NCBI GenBank assembly: GCA_030390025.1
Contig: CM059432.1
Span: 65,598,001 to 65,662,000 of the forward strand
Reading direction: 5' to 3'
DNA: 64,000 nucleotides
From: Squalus acanthias
Taxonomy: Eukaryota
A program made the position numbers and the translations under genes. Below, piece by piece: positions 1-11,813 of this stretch. A model generated the notes under the pieces. It did not search any database, had not been told where the DNA came from, and saw only the letters and a program-made list of their open reading frames with translations. Numbering within the stretch: the first letter of the stretch is position 1; the number at the start of each line of letters is the position of its first letter.

Positions 1-76
1 AGTGTAAACAGGGAAGTGCCTGGCTGGAACTCATACTGCAACTACTGGTCTGAGACAGGCAGCTACAGTATCAGCA

Positions 77-1702
77 TGGCCCTCGACCGTGTCCGTTCTA
101 TACCGAGGATACCGAGAAACTCCAGGATGATTTGGACAGGTTGGGTGAGTGGGCAGAAGCGTGGCAGATGCAATATAACATGGATAAATGCGAGGTTATC
201 CACTTTGGTGTCAAAACAGAAAGGCAGACTATTATCTGAATGGCAATAGATTGGGAGAAGGGGAAGTGCAACGAGACCTGGGTGTCCTTGTGCACCAGTC
301 GCTGAAGGTAAGCATGCAGGTGCAGCAGGTGGTGAAGAAGGCAAATGGTATGTTGGCCTTCATAGCGAGAGGGTTTGAGTATAGGAACAGGGATGTCCTG
401 CTGCAGTTGTACAGGGCCTTGGTGAGACCACACCTTGAGTACTGTGTGCAGTTTTGGTCACCTTATCTGAGGAAGGATGTTCTTGCCATGGAAGGAATTC
501 AGCGAAGATTCACAAGGCTGATACCTGGGATGGCAGGAATGACATATGAGGAGAGATTGGGTCGATTGGGCTTATACTCGCTGGAGTATAGAAGAATGAG
601 AGGGGATCTCATCAAAACATATAAAATTCTGACAGGTCTGGACAAACTAGATGCAGGAAGAATGTTCCCGATGGTCGGAGAGTCCAGAACCGGGGTCATA
701 ATCTAAGGATAAGGGGTAAGCCATTTAGGACAGAAATGAGGAAGAATTTCTTCACCCAGAGAGTGGTGAACCTGTGTAATTCTCTACCACAGAAGGTAGT
801 TGAGGCCAAGTCATTAAATATATTCAAGAATGAGTTAGATATATTTCTTAAAGCTAAAGGTATCAAGGGATATGGGGAGAAGGCAGGTACAGGGTACTGA
901 GTTTGGATGATCAGCCATGATCTCATCGAATGGCGGAGCAGGTTCGAGGGGCCGAATAGCCTACTCCTGCTCCTATCTTCTATGTTTCTATGTTTCTTTT
1001 TCCCGCACTTCTGCTCTCACCCCTTCCCCTCCCTCCCAGAACCACGATAGGGTTCCCCTTGTCCTCACCTTTCACCCCACCAGCCCCCCCATTCAACGTA
1101 TTATCCTCCGCCATTTCCGCCACCTCCAGCGTGATCCCACCACCAAACACATCTTCCCCTCCCCTCCCCTTTCAGAATTCCAATCGGACCGCTCACTCCG
1201 TGAAACCCGTGTTCCACTCCTCAATCACCCCCAACACCCCTTCCCCTTCCCACGGCACCTTCCCGTGCAAACGCAGGAGATGCAACACCTGCCCTTTTAC
1301 CTCCTCCCTTCCCACTGTCCAGAGCCCCAAACACTCCTTCCAGATGAAACAGCGATTTACTTGTACTTCTTGCAATTTAGTATACTGTATTCGCTGCTCA
1401 CGATGCGGTCTCCTCTACATTGGGGAGACCAAACGCAGATTGGGTGACCGCTTTGCAGAACACCTCCATTCAGTCCGTAAGTGTGACCCCGAGCTTCCGG
1501 TCACCTGTCACTTTAATTCTCTGCTCTGACCTCTCCATCCTTAGCCTTTTACACTGTTCCAACAAAGCTCAACGTAAGCTCGAGGAACAGCACCTCATCT
1601 TTCGATTAGGTACTTTACAGCCTTCTGGACTCAACATCGAGTATTTCCAGCATTTTCTATTTTTATTTCCGATTTCCAGCATTCGCAGTATTTTGCTTTT
1701 GT
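77..1702 (+). mobile_element. Penelope-like retroelement 3' fragment (GIY-YIG endonuclease), split by a CR1 insertion at ~102-997
   Basis: 77-101 (ALDRVRS) joins 998+ (SRTSALTPSPPSQNHDRVPLVLTFHP). GIY-YIG and Cys motifs: CKRRRCNTC...NLVYCIRCSRCGLLYIGETKRRLGDRFAEH; C-terminus EQHLIFRLGTLQPSGLN. Frameshifted. Confidence 0.9.
102..997 (+). mobile_element. CR1 LINE, 5'-truncated (RT C-terminus plus 3' UTR)
   Basis: LQDDLDRLGEW...LYRALVRPHLEYCVQFWSP...RMRGDLI; 3' stem-loop at 936-972; (CTATGTTT)n tail. Confidence 0.95.
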
Positions 1703-1923
1703 ACAGTATCAGAATCCTGTATATTTGATTTTAAGTTCATTATTTTTGTGTTTCTCTCAATTGCTTATGTGTTAAATGTGCCGCACGGTTTTCCTTTGAG
1801 TCTTCACCTAAATACACAACATAAAATCTGATGTAAAAGTTTGACCTTCATAGACTTTGTCCTCTGAATATAGTAGAGCGAGGTTTTTTAATCAAAATGG
1901 TAATTATAAAGAAGGGAATTCAT

Positions 1924-2079
1924 GGGTAAATTCATCCATCCTGTGCGCTCAATGGGGAGCTGTGCTCTAAGAAAACGTAGGTTGAAGAATCTGTGCTGCA
2001 GTGTCGTAACCCTATCTCTGACCTGTACTCCCCTTGAGCGCAGCTCTCTGCTGGGAGTGCGGGTTCTATGAAGTTAGCC
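1924..2079. mobile_element. Small MITE with internal inverted repeats
   Basis: TIR GGGTAAATTCAT / ATGAAGTTAGCC (10/12 match); internal GCGCTCAATGGGGAG pairs with CTCCCCTTGAGCGC. Confidence 0.55.
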
Positions 2080-2459
2080 TATATGGTTGTGTGAATTATA
2101 TACTGCTTTTACAGTATTTCACAATTATATCTGAATCTTAAGTGAGGTTAAGATGTGACAAGGCTGCGTTCACAGAGCCGTGAGATGTGTTGTTTCACAT
2201 AATAGCACAGTATACGATATCAGTTTGTACATTTACGTTGAAGTTTGTCTGCAAGCCAAAATGTATGCTTTCCCAGCTGTGAGAAGCAGTTGGCAAAAAG
2301 GGTTTGGTAGCACTTAAGTGGAAGTTGTTAAATTTAAAAATACTTAAGTTTGGATTTTGGAATATTTTACAGGCAATACATTTTTAGCTCCCCTTCCCTC
2401 AGCCATCCTGCCCGGCTGGAATTTTAACTACCCTGTTTAGGAGAGAGCTCTTTTTACAG

Positions 2460-2548
2460 GCTTGGTTACTTGCATGATCAGAGCTGTCTTACAAGAGCTA
2501 GACAGAATAGAGAGAGTCGAGTCATCAAAACATCAAAATGAAATTCAG
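2460..2548 (+). CDS. Candidate internal coding exon of an unidentified host gene
   Basis: Acceptor ctctttttacag|, donor CAG|gtaggt. Only one frame is open: LVTCMIRAVLQELDRIERVESSKHQNEIQ (phase 1 in, phase 0 out). Not TE-like. Confidence 0.45.
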
Positions 2549-2791
2549 GTAGGTTTACAAAGTGCCCATGGAGTCCAATGGATTTACACTCAAATCAAAG
2601 CAATGTGAAACTACCCACTCCTGGGAGTCTCATTTTGCTTCGCTCCAGAGTCAGGTACTTCCAGCTCGCAATGCCAGTTTAGTGTTGGTATAAAGCTGAA
2701 ATTACTTCACACCGACGTAAAACTTGCAGTATAAATGCAACCTTAGTTACATTACAAGCAATTACTTGACATTTAGTTCCTCAAACACACA

Positions 2792-3770
2792 GGCCGGAAT
2801 TTTCTGGAGGAAGGCGGGTTGGGGGCGGGGGGGCACCGAGGCGGTTTTAACGGCAGGGCCTGATTTGCATGCGAGTGCTCAGTTTCCTGCCCGCAGCCAG
2901 CCAGATTGAGAGGCTGGCTGACTGCGAGGGGGTAGGCCTACGGCCATACGGAGGAGGGAGGGTTCGCATGAGGGCCTGGCTGGGCAATGGATTGGTGGGG
3001 GAGGGAGGCGGGGAGGAAGGGGAGAGAGGACCAGGGCCTGGCAATGGATTGGGAGGGCTGGGGGGGGGGAGAGGATCGAAGACGGGCAATGGATCGGGGG
3101 AGAAAGAGGACCGGAGATCGGGGGGGGGGGGGGGGGGAGTTGGAGAGAGGACCAGGGATCTGGGGGCCAGGTCAGGGCTGGGTAGATGATCGGGGGCAGT
3201 TGTGGGGGGAAGAGAGGATCGGGCCGGGGGCAGCATCGGGAGTGAGGTCGAGCAGAGATGGTCAGGGGAGGAGAGAGGGGATCGGGGCCGGCCACCGGAG
3301 AATCGTGGCCAGCCTCAACATCATCGTTGGGGGGAAATTCCTAGGGGAGTGGTGGGGGGTAGGCCTGGGGAGGTGATCTAAGGCCTGCGGTGGTGCGGGA
3401 GGGGGAGGTCTGGGAAGGCGATCCGAGGCCTCATGAGGGGGTCTCCGATTGCAGGGGATGGGTTAGGCAAGGACTCTGGATCCAGGAGGTAGGTGTAAAG
3501 CCACTTACCTCCTGGAAACAGCAGTCCCCGTCTTGTTTTAACTGCCGGGTTTCACGAATTGTGTGAAACCCGTCCACATGCAGTTAAAAACAAGATGGAG
3601 GTTAAAAAAAGAGGCTTCCAGCCTCATTATAATATTTAAATTGATGTCCGCCGCCTGGGTGCGGGTTGTTCGCGCGCCCCCCTGTCCCACTCCCATTCCG
3701 CCTCCGTTAAAATCGGAAGTGGGCGAGTTTGGAGGCGGGATCAGGTTGGGAATCCCATTTTTAACACTTT
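2792..3770. mobile_element. G-rich non-autonomous Harbinger-type element (same family as 60775-61690)
   Basis: Starts GGCCGGAATTTTC; colinear with 60775-61690 on both sides of a G-tract core; right TIR missing. Confidence 0.75.
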
Positions 3771-4436
3771 GGACACTGGAGCCAGGTGGTGGGGGTTGAT
3801 GGCCTCGGTGATGTGGTCCCACATCGTTCTTTCTGGAGGGCCTCCTGGCTCCTGTGGGTAGAGGGCCTCTCTTGCAGTGTTGACCCCCTGCACAAAGCTG
3901 GAGTGCTGCGTGCGAGACCCTGGGTGCCCCTTCCCTGATTTGCCGAGCCATTTGTGTTAGTGCTGAAATACTTTTCCCATTTTTTGAGGTTCGGAAGATA
4001 ATTCAGCTTTAAGAGCTGGAGACTCCGATTTGGGAATTTTTTTTCAAATGTTAATTTTTTCCCCCAGAAGGCAGTAAGTGCTGAAAACTGCATAGTTTTA
4101 CATCATTTTTATTTTTATCATTTCGGAAGGCATTGCCCTTTTAAGGAAACAACAATGCATTGCCCTTTTAACATCCCACAATGCTTTGTGAAATCACAGC
4201 CTCGCTTTCAGAGGCTGTGCGAAGCTGCAACGCTGCCTGTGGACGCCACATTGGGGACTGATGCCAGGACGAACGCCACCAGGATGGCGTTACACAGTCA
4301 GTTTATCGCTGGGCTAATAATCTTTAGTTCCCAGTGCGAATTTTTTACTCTTACCGGCACCACCATTTTCCACGGCTGTTAACCTGCAGCCGCGGTGGCA
4401 CCAGCAGCTTTCGTGGCGCACTCGAATTTTTAGGCC
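3771..4436 (-). mobile_element. Harbinger terminal fragment with decayed Myb/SANT exon 1
   Basis: From 3951 (-): MARQIREGAPRVSHAAL, frameshift, VQGVNTAREALYP...MWDHITEAIN; terminus GAATTTTTAGGCC ends at 4436. Confidence 0.7.
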
Positions 4437-4695
4437 TTTTAAATTTATAACCCTGTAATCAGTGTGAAGAAATCAAATGCAATATTTTACTTTTTTTGCA
4501 CCCTGTTACAGTATCAACTCCTAGGTAAGAAGTAGCATGAATTAGATGCAGTGCACCCTAACATTGTGCCCTAAAATATACCCCAATCCAAACTTCAAAA
4601 AGGTAAGGATCAACTCTACCAATGAGATGTTTCAATTTGACAATCCTTGTTTCACAAAAATTACTCTGTGCACGGGTATATTTCTCTTCTTACAG

Positions 4696-4818
4696 AAAAA
4701 TCCACCTTCGACGGAAGATAGAGCACAGACAAGTGGAAGGACACTGCAGGTCAAACCCCTCGACCCCTTCAAATATGTCATCATGGAGCTTATCAGCTGC
4801 AAAATTGTATGCAGATGA
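4696..4818 (+). CDS. Candidate terminal coding exon of the same unidentified gene
   Basis: Acceptor tttctcttcttacag|. Phase-0 frame KNPPSTEDRAQTSGRTLQVKPLDPFKYVIMELISCKIVCR* is compatible with the 2460-2548 exon. AATAAA near 5345, 5612 and 5764. Confidence 0.4.
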   Translation, partial: KNPPSTEDRAQTSGRTLQVKPLDPFKYVIMELISCKIVCR

Positions 4819-6519
4819 GTGCTCCATAAGCTGCAGGAGAGAGTTACACTTCAGAATTATATAATTCTGATTGCATACTTCCAATGTTCTTGGGAGACAG
4901 ACTGCAGACTCCCGACCTGAACAACCATGAATGAAGGATTTAGGAACCTCGTAGCAGTGCAATGTTCTGCGCTGATGTAAGGATTCGAATTCCACCAGGG
5001 ACATGCAAGAAGCAAACTAGAAACAGAGGGATAAATGGCTGGCTCTCAAGCCGCCACCAGTCGATTGCCTGAAAATATCTCTGCACAATTAACAGAAGAA
5101 ATCCCTTAAAGCAAGCAAGACCAGGCAGCTAGAACAGGAGTGGCTGTTCCTGGCACAGAGGCACGCAGGAAACACACATATTCCTTCCAGCAGTACATCA
5201 TATAGGAGAAGCACAGCAGAAACATGACAATGCACGAGAACACATATCACAAGGGGTAGGCTTGGCAGCACATCATACAGCGCTTTCAATATTATTTTCA
5301 GTAAAGATACAATTTTACAGATACTCTACATTTTTGAAATTTGAAATAAACAGCAGTACTGAGGAATCATGTTTATATTTACAAAAGAATGTCTGATAAA
5401 CATAATGGCAGATCTCAGGGAAATAACTGCCTGTTCCTGTGTTTGGAATTTCGATGTAATTCTGTGCAATTTCTCTCATGGGCAAGAAAAAGTGGGACAG
5501 CTGCCATTAGTTAATCATACAACACATGACCATTGCAACTCATGCTCAGATAGGGGTGGGACCACATCAGCAAGAAGCAGTATTGGAGATGCAAAATGAA
5601 GGATTAATGTAAATAAAACAAAGAAAAATAAAGAACAGCTGCCTGTCCTTCACATTTAAAAGCTATATTTTAGTTGTGATTGTATTAAAAAATTGTAAAA
5701 TAACCTAGATATTGAAGACCAAAGGTATTCTTTGTTGAGTAACAAATTATGGAACATTCATTGAATAAATGAACGGAAACAACTTCAGTGCATGTCGTGT
5801 TAATGATAAAGCGTTTTTCTTTGAACTATTTGTGAGCTGCAATTCAGCAACCTCTCTTATCTCAAGTAATAACTCAGGATATTGATCTCACAAATAATTT
5901 CTTGTCTCTCAGATTAAAGATGAAAGATAAATTCCTCCATAAGAAGTGCCGAATCAGTGTAACCATCTGTAGACAAATAAATCTCCATGGAAAATAGACA
6001 TTGCAGTAAAAGAGGCGTAGACTTTAAATTATATATTCAACTTGTAATATCTCTACATATGACATGATATATAGATCTTGAAAATAGTTTGGGTAAATGG
6101 TTGTTGATGAAAGATTTACTTCCATGGCTTGTAAGAGTCTCTGAATGTAGTTGAATACTTTTTTGAACTAAATGATCAAAGGCGTTGACCATGTCTTTTA
6201 CCAGACATCTTTATTATTTTCAAAGAAATTATCTAATTTTATTAAACTACTTCTTTCCTGAATATACACAGTTTCTCCTCAGAGGTTTTTGAAAAGCCAA
6301 GCTTTGGTCAGCAGCCAAGGCAGATGTGGCAGTTGAGTTTACTGAAGTAACATACACACAGGAAACATTATGGTTCCTCCAGTAATTGGAGAGAGGTTTA
6401 TCCCAGGATTTACAGACTTTCTGACTTCAGCTGAAATGCATAATGAAGAAGGCCTCCTATGGTCCAAAGAAGTCATTCTCAAGTCCGTGGGATAACATTT
6501 CACGTCTGATATTAAAGTT

Positions 6520-7028
6520 GGGGGGAAATTTTAACTTGTGAAAGCAGCCTAACCTCATGAACATGCAACTGGCCAACTGCACAACCTGAACGGCTGGAAG
6601 TAGGCGGCAAGCAGGGGCCTGGAGGCCGCTCGCCGGCCCAAGGTTAGTGCGGGGGATGGGGGGGGTTCCAGGGTGGTCAGCAGTTCAGGAAGGGGGAGGG
6701 GAGTCCAGGCAGGGGAAGCCTAGACTTTCCTTGTCAGCTTACTTTACAGGGCCTCTTCGCAGCGCCAACCAGATTGTTACTGTTGGGGCGACCATTGCAC
6801 ACCTGCTTTCTTCCAGGTTAACATGTCATCGGGGCTTGATTGACGTTACTGGACCATGATTTACATGAATGTATGAGGTTCCCACCTGACTCAGGCAGGC
6901 ACCTCATATGCCTGACAAATTAGCTCGGTAAAAATCCAGCCGAGTGGTAGCGTAGTGGGTATTTCACCCTCTTCATTTTAATTGACCCGCCTGGTTTCCG
7001 CCAGGCAAGGAGAGATAAAATTCACCCG
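6520..7028. mobile_element. Harbinger-type MITE
   Basis: Imperfect TIRs GGGGGGAAATTTTAACT / AGATAAAATTCACCCG; GC-rich body in AT-rich flanks. Confidence 0.65.
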
Positions 7029-7254
7029 ACATTCTCTGTACTTTTCAATGCTTTAATATGGTTTGATTTATATTATAATAAATGATATGAAATTGTAAGA
7101 AGTTTGTTCTGACAGTGATGGCAACAGTACTCAAAATCTAGAATATAATTTAGAAAAGCTATTTTTGCTTGACAATACATTTGAATGCCATATTCATAAG
7201 CAATATATGATATATAACCTTACCATTTTTACTAAATTGTGGCAACTATTATAA

Positions 7255-7630
7255 AATCATAGAATGTCATGGCACAGAAATAGGCCACTTGGCCAGTGTT
7301 ATTCTCCACGTGAACCACCTAAATGAATCCTATTATCGAGCTCCATTCCTATACCCTTTATTCTTCTTTTTCAAGTAACTATCTAATTAATTTCAAAATA
7401 ATAAATTAAATTTTCTTCAGAAGTAGTTTGTGCCAGATAATTTTTTAGTTTAACCATCGTCTGTGGAAGTAAATGTTTCTAAGCCCCACCCACTTAATTC
7501 ATTTGTGATCATTTTAAATTTAAGCTTTCTTGTTCCATGTTGCTGGCCAGTAGAAACATTCTACTGCTATTCCCTTTATCAATACCCGTCATAATCTTCA
7601 AGACATCTATCAAGTCACCTTTTAACTTTT
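7255..7630 (-). mobile_element. Degenerate CR1 3' end
   Basis: Tail-like ATCATAGAATGTCAT; antisense of GDLIDVLKIM. Confidence 0.65.
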
Positions 7631-8398
7631 GTGTAGTATATAAGAATCTTAATATAATGATGCAGGATCATGTGCCAGACCAGCTACCCTTTCTCCAAAA
7701 AGATTCAAATGAAATAACACTTTTCTTTTAATTTATTATTCAAAACCGCACCATTTTGGGAAAAACTACTGCTGCATTTTTCTTTCCTATTACAGCAGAT
7801 TCTTCTGCTCCCAAGTAATACTCCAGCACTCAGTGGTTATCACTCAATAGTCACTTTTACTCTCAAAATAAAGTCTGTAAATTATTTTTCCAAGTGCTTA
7901 TTTCTGTCATCTGCCTCACCCGAGAGTGATGGAGTAGTTACCCACACGCTACTCGATGAAACCTACAGTGTTTGGTCTATCAAAATATCTGTATTAGCTC
8001 AGACCCACTGAGCTATAAAGAAAGTAATTCAAGCAGTTCCAGTTTGGAATTTTCTCCATAATGGAAATAATGCTGCAGACTTGATTGAGTCATGCAAAGG
8101 CATGGGCTAAAACAAATGAATGAATGCTTCAATCCTTGCCTTGAAGGTATAACACAAATCATTTCACAGCTTTCCAAAGAAAACGGGAAAGTAAAGGTTA
8201 AAGTGACACTTCCGTTTGTACAGTAAGCCTTACCCAGACTGTACTTGAAACCCACAGCCCTGAAGCTGTCCAGGTGCCTTTGGAAAGGCTTGATTAAAAC
8301 CTCTTTTCTCAAGCTAGATTTATTCCCAAAAGTGAATCAGAATCCTTTTGATTGGTGTGGGATATATGCAGCATCCCTCCCTCCCATTCTTGAGGCTT

Positions 8399-9650
8399 CA
8401 TAGGATTACATAGGATATACGGCACAGAACAAGTCCATGCCGGCATTTATGCTCCACACGAGCCTCCTCCCGTCTTTCCTCATCTAAATCTATCAGCATA
8501 ACCCTCTATTCCCTTTTCCCTCATATGCTTGTCTAACCTCCCCTTAAATGCATCCATACTATTCGCTTCAACCACTTCCTGTGGTAACGAGTTCCACATT
8601 CTCACCACTCTTCTGAATTGCCTATTGGATTTCTTGGTGACTATCTTATATTGATGGCCTCCAGTTATGCTCTTCCCCACAAGTGGAAACATTCTCTCTG
8701 TATCCACTCTATCAAAATGTTTCATAATTTTAAAGACCTCTATTAGGTTACCCCTCAGCCTTCTTTTTTCCAAGAGAAAAGAGACCCAGCCTGTTCATCC
8801 TTTCCTGATATGTATACCTTTGCATTTCTGGTATCATCCTTGTAAATCTTCTCTGCACCCTCTCCAGTGCCTCTATATCCTTTTTATAATATGGCTACCA
8901 GAACTGTGCGCAGTACTCTAAGTGTGGTCTAACCAAGGTTCGATACAGGTTTAGCATAACTTCCCTACTTTTCAATTCTATCCCTCTAGAAATAAACCCT
9001 AGTACTTAGTTTGCTTTTTTTATGGCCTTGCTAACTTGTGTCGCAACTTTTAGTGATTTGTGTATTTGTACTCCCACCCTCCAAGTGATAAGTGACCTCC
9101 CTATTCTTCCTACCAAAATGTAATACCTCACATTTATCTGTGTTGAACTTCATTTGCCAATTATATGCCCATTCTGCAAGTTTATTAATATCCTCCTGTA
9201 ACTTGTTGCAGTCCTCCTCAGTATTGACTATCCCCCCCCAATTTGGTGTCATCCGCAAATTTAGAAATTGTGTTTTTGATTCCCAAGTCTAAATCGTTAA
9301 TGTAAATTGTTAACAGCAGTGGTCCCAGCACTGATCCTTGTGGAACACCACTACCCACCTTCTGCCACTGTGAATAGCTACCCTTTACTCCTACTCGCTG
9401 ATTTCTGTCCTGAAGCCAGCCAGCAATCCATTCTGCTAACCCCTGACTCCGCATTCTCTGACCTTGTTCATCAGTCTATTATGGGGTACCTTATCGAAGG
9501 CCTTTTGAAAATCCAGATAAATTACATCTACTGCATTACCATTGTCTACTCTCTCTGTTACCGCTTCAAAAAATTCAATAAGGTTGGTCAAGGAAGAGTT
9601 TTCCTTTTGTAACCATGTTGACTATTCATTATTATATTTTTGGTTTCTAA
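8399..9650 (-). mobile_element. CR1 LINE, 5'-truncated and frameshifted
   Basis: [47 protein letters not shown]-type tail. Confidence 0.93.
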
Positions 9651-9809
9651 ATGTTCTTTTCTTCTCTCCTAATCTTTTCGTATTCTCCCCTGCTGTCTGT
9701 GTACTTAATGTATGCCTCTTTCCTTACCCTCAATTGTTCCCTTATTTGTTCACTCATTTACCTAAACAATTTATATCTATTTAGCATGAGGCCAAATGCT
9801 TCCAACCGG

Positions 9810-10285
9810 TGTTGGCTATAATGCAGTGGTAGCACTCTCGCCTCGGAATCAGAAGGTCATGGGTTCAAGTCCAACTCGAGCACATAATCTAGGCTGATAT
9901 TTTGGTGCAGCACTGAGGGAGTGCTGCACTGTTGAAGGTATTAACTTTTGAATGGGACGTCTCCTCTCAGATGGAATAAAGATCCCATGGCACTATTTGA
10001 AGAAGAGCAGGGGAGTTCTCCCAGTGATTTTTACATAGTTTTTACAGCACAGAAACAGGCCATTCGGCCCAACAGGTCCATGGCGGTGTTTATGCTCCAC
10101 ACAAGCTTCCTCTCACCCGACTTCATCTAACCTCATCAACATATCCTTCTATTCCTTTCTCGTCAATATTTATCCCTCAACCAACATCAGTAATAAACAG
10201 ATTATCTGGTTATTTATTTCATTGCTGTTTGTGGGACCTTGCTGTGTGCGAATTGTCATGTTTACCTACATTACAACCGTGACCA
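9810..10285 (+). mobile_element. tRNA-derived SINE with Deu-like central domain (SacSINE1/AmnSINE-like), interrupted by a CR1 3' UTR piece (~10030-10160, -)
   Basis: A-box-like TGGCTATAATGCAGTGG, B box GGTTCAAGTCC, core GATCCCATGGCACTATTTGAAGAAGAGCAGGGGAGTTCTCC. Family name from recognition only. Confidence 0.75.
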
Positions 10286-10289
10286 ATTG

Positions 10290-10640
10290 AGGGGTAAATG
10301 TTGGCCAGGACAGTGGGATGTTTCTCCCACTCTTTTCAAATGGTGCCATAGGATATTTTACATCCACTTAAGTGGGACAGGACCTCAGTTTAATATCCCA
10401 TTCAAAAGATGGCACCTCTGACTATGCAACAATTCCTCAGTAGTGTATTGAAGTGACAGCCTAGATTATGGAGGGGGGAGGGAATATCTTTGGAAGTTCT
10501 CCCCCTCGTACACCATTATCTCAGCAGAAGAGCTTCAGAAACCCAGGAAATTCACCCCCTATGTGATAAAATCCTTGGAGTGGGGCTTAAACTCACAACC
10601 ATCTGGCTCAGAGGTAAAAATGCTAATAATGAGCCAATCT
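10290..10640 (-). mobile_element. Second copy of the same SINE, inverted, with a ~90-bp MITE-like insert (~10470-10560)
   Basis: Reverse complement matches the head and core of 9810-10030. Confidence 0.7.
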
Positions 10641-11139
10641 CACACTAATCTTGGAATTTTTTGTTTATTTCAACTGCAATGAATAGAAATATTTTTATTT
10701 CAGTTCCCTGCTGGGTGAATTAAGTCAACAGGATTTTGTTAGCGGCAAAAAAAATCAGGATTCACCTGCAGAGATGCTTATTTTCTGCTTCTCAACTAGT
10801 TAAACAGGCAATTAACTAGTTAAGTAATGAGCCGGAATATAATCCAACCCTGGTGAGTGGGAACTATTTACTATTATGTGTAGTTAACTTCTGAGGTTTA
10901 GAAATCAGATGCAAAGGGTAAACTACAATTTAAGTTTTAAAAATTGTGCGCATAATCTTTGTGTCGTTTGTATTAAAAGTTAGATTTAAAAATTAATATC
11001 CTGGTTAGTTTTAACCTTCTTTGTACTTGTAATGATGTACTTAGGCAACCAAGCCTTGAGATTTACAATTTTCCGCAAAGGAGAAGAAGAAATTCAGCTG
11101 CACAGCACATCTGGGCTTTTAAGCAGTTTGCAGCACAGG

Positions 11140-11530
11140 TGTTTAAAGTGTCACCAAGGACAGCCCGGTTCAATTGTTTAAAGTGTCACCGAGGACAGCC
11201 CGGTTCAATTGTTTAAAGTGTCACCAAGGACAGCCCGGTTCAATTGTTTAAAGTGTCACCAAGGACAGCCCAGTTCAATTGTTTAAAGTGTCACCAAGGA
11301 CAGCCCGGTTCAATTGTTTAAAGTGTCACCAAGGACAGCCCAGTTCAATTGTTTAAAGTGTCACCAAAGACAGCCCGGTTCAGGTGTTTAAAGTGTCACC
11401 AAGGACAGCCCGGTTCAGGTGTTTAAAGTGTCACCGAGGACAGCTGTTTAAAGTGTCACCGAGGACAGCTGTTTAAAGTGTCACCGAGGACAGCTGTTTA
11501 AAGTGTCACCGAGGACAGCTGTTTAAAGTG
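11140..11530. repeat. Minisatellite: 8 x 35 bp, then 4 x 25 bp, plus a partial unit
   Basis: Unit TGTTTAAAGTGTCACCAAGGACAGCCCGGTTCAAT at 11140, 11175 ... 11385; short unit TGTTTAAAGTGTCACCGAGGACAGC at 11420-11519. Confidence 0.97.
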
Positions 11531-11559
11531 AGTGGAGTACACTTTTACTGTTCTCATTT

Positions 11560-11765
11560 CTTCTTCACCAGCACCACCACATTAGATTTTCATCTCAGCT
11601 GGCCGTCGGGAAACTGATGGGATTGGGTACAACTCCGGTTTTATACCCCGCTTAACTTTACTCTCCATTGAAGTCAGTGGGGGGCAATGCTGGGCGGGGT
11701 GTAAAACCGGCTTTCCACCCGATCCCGCGGGTTTCCCGCCCGGCGAGTTAGGTTAAAATGATCCC
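11560..11765. mobile_element. Palindromic MITE centred on CCATTGAAGTCAGTGG
   Basis: Arms CCGGTTTTATACCCCGC / GCGGGGTGTAAAACCGG; same core motif as 49587-49743. Confidence 0.7.
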
Positions 11766-11813
11766 TATTATCTATTGATCTATAATTCTGTTCCCTCAAA
11801 TCTTCGACTCAAT

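Noticed and set aside
2847..3376. Gly-rich and Pro-rich ORFs (also 60895-61488)
   Set aside because: Open in several frames on both strands because G/C runs lack stops; they lie inside a repeat.
4690..5289. Minus-strand ORFs of 104 and 66 aa
   Set aside because: No recognisable domain or splice signals; the plus-strand exon reading fits better.
9810..9880. tRNA gene
   Set aside because: A/B boxes run into a SINE body; no complete cloverleaf.
11140..11530. CRISPR array (35-bp repeats)
   Set aside because: Units are head-to-tail with no unique spacers; no cas genes; vertebrate context.
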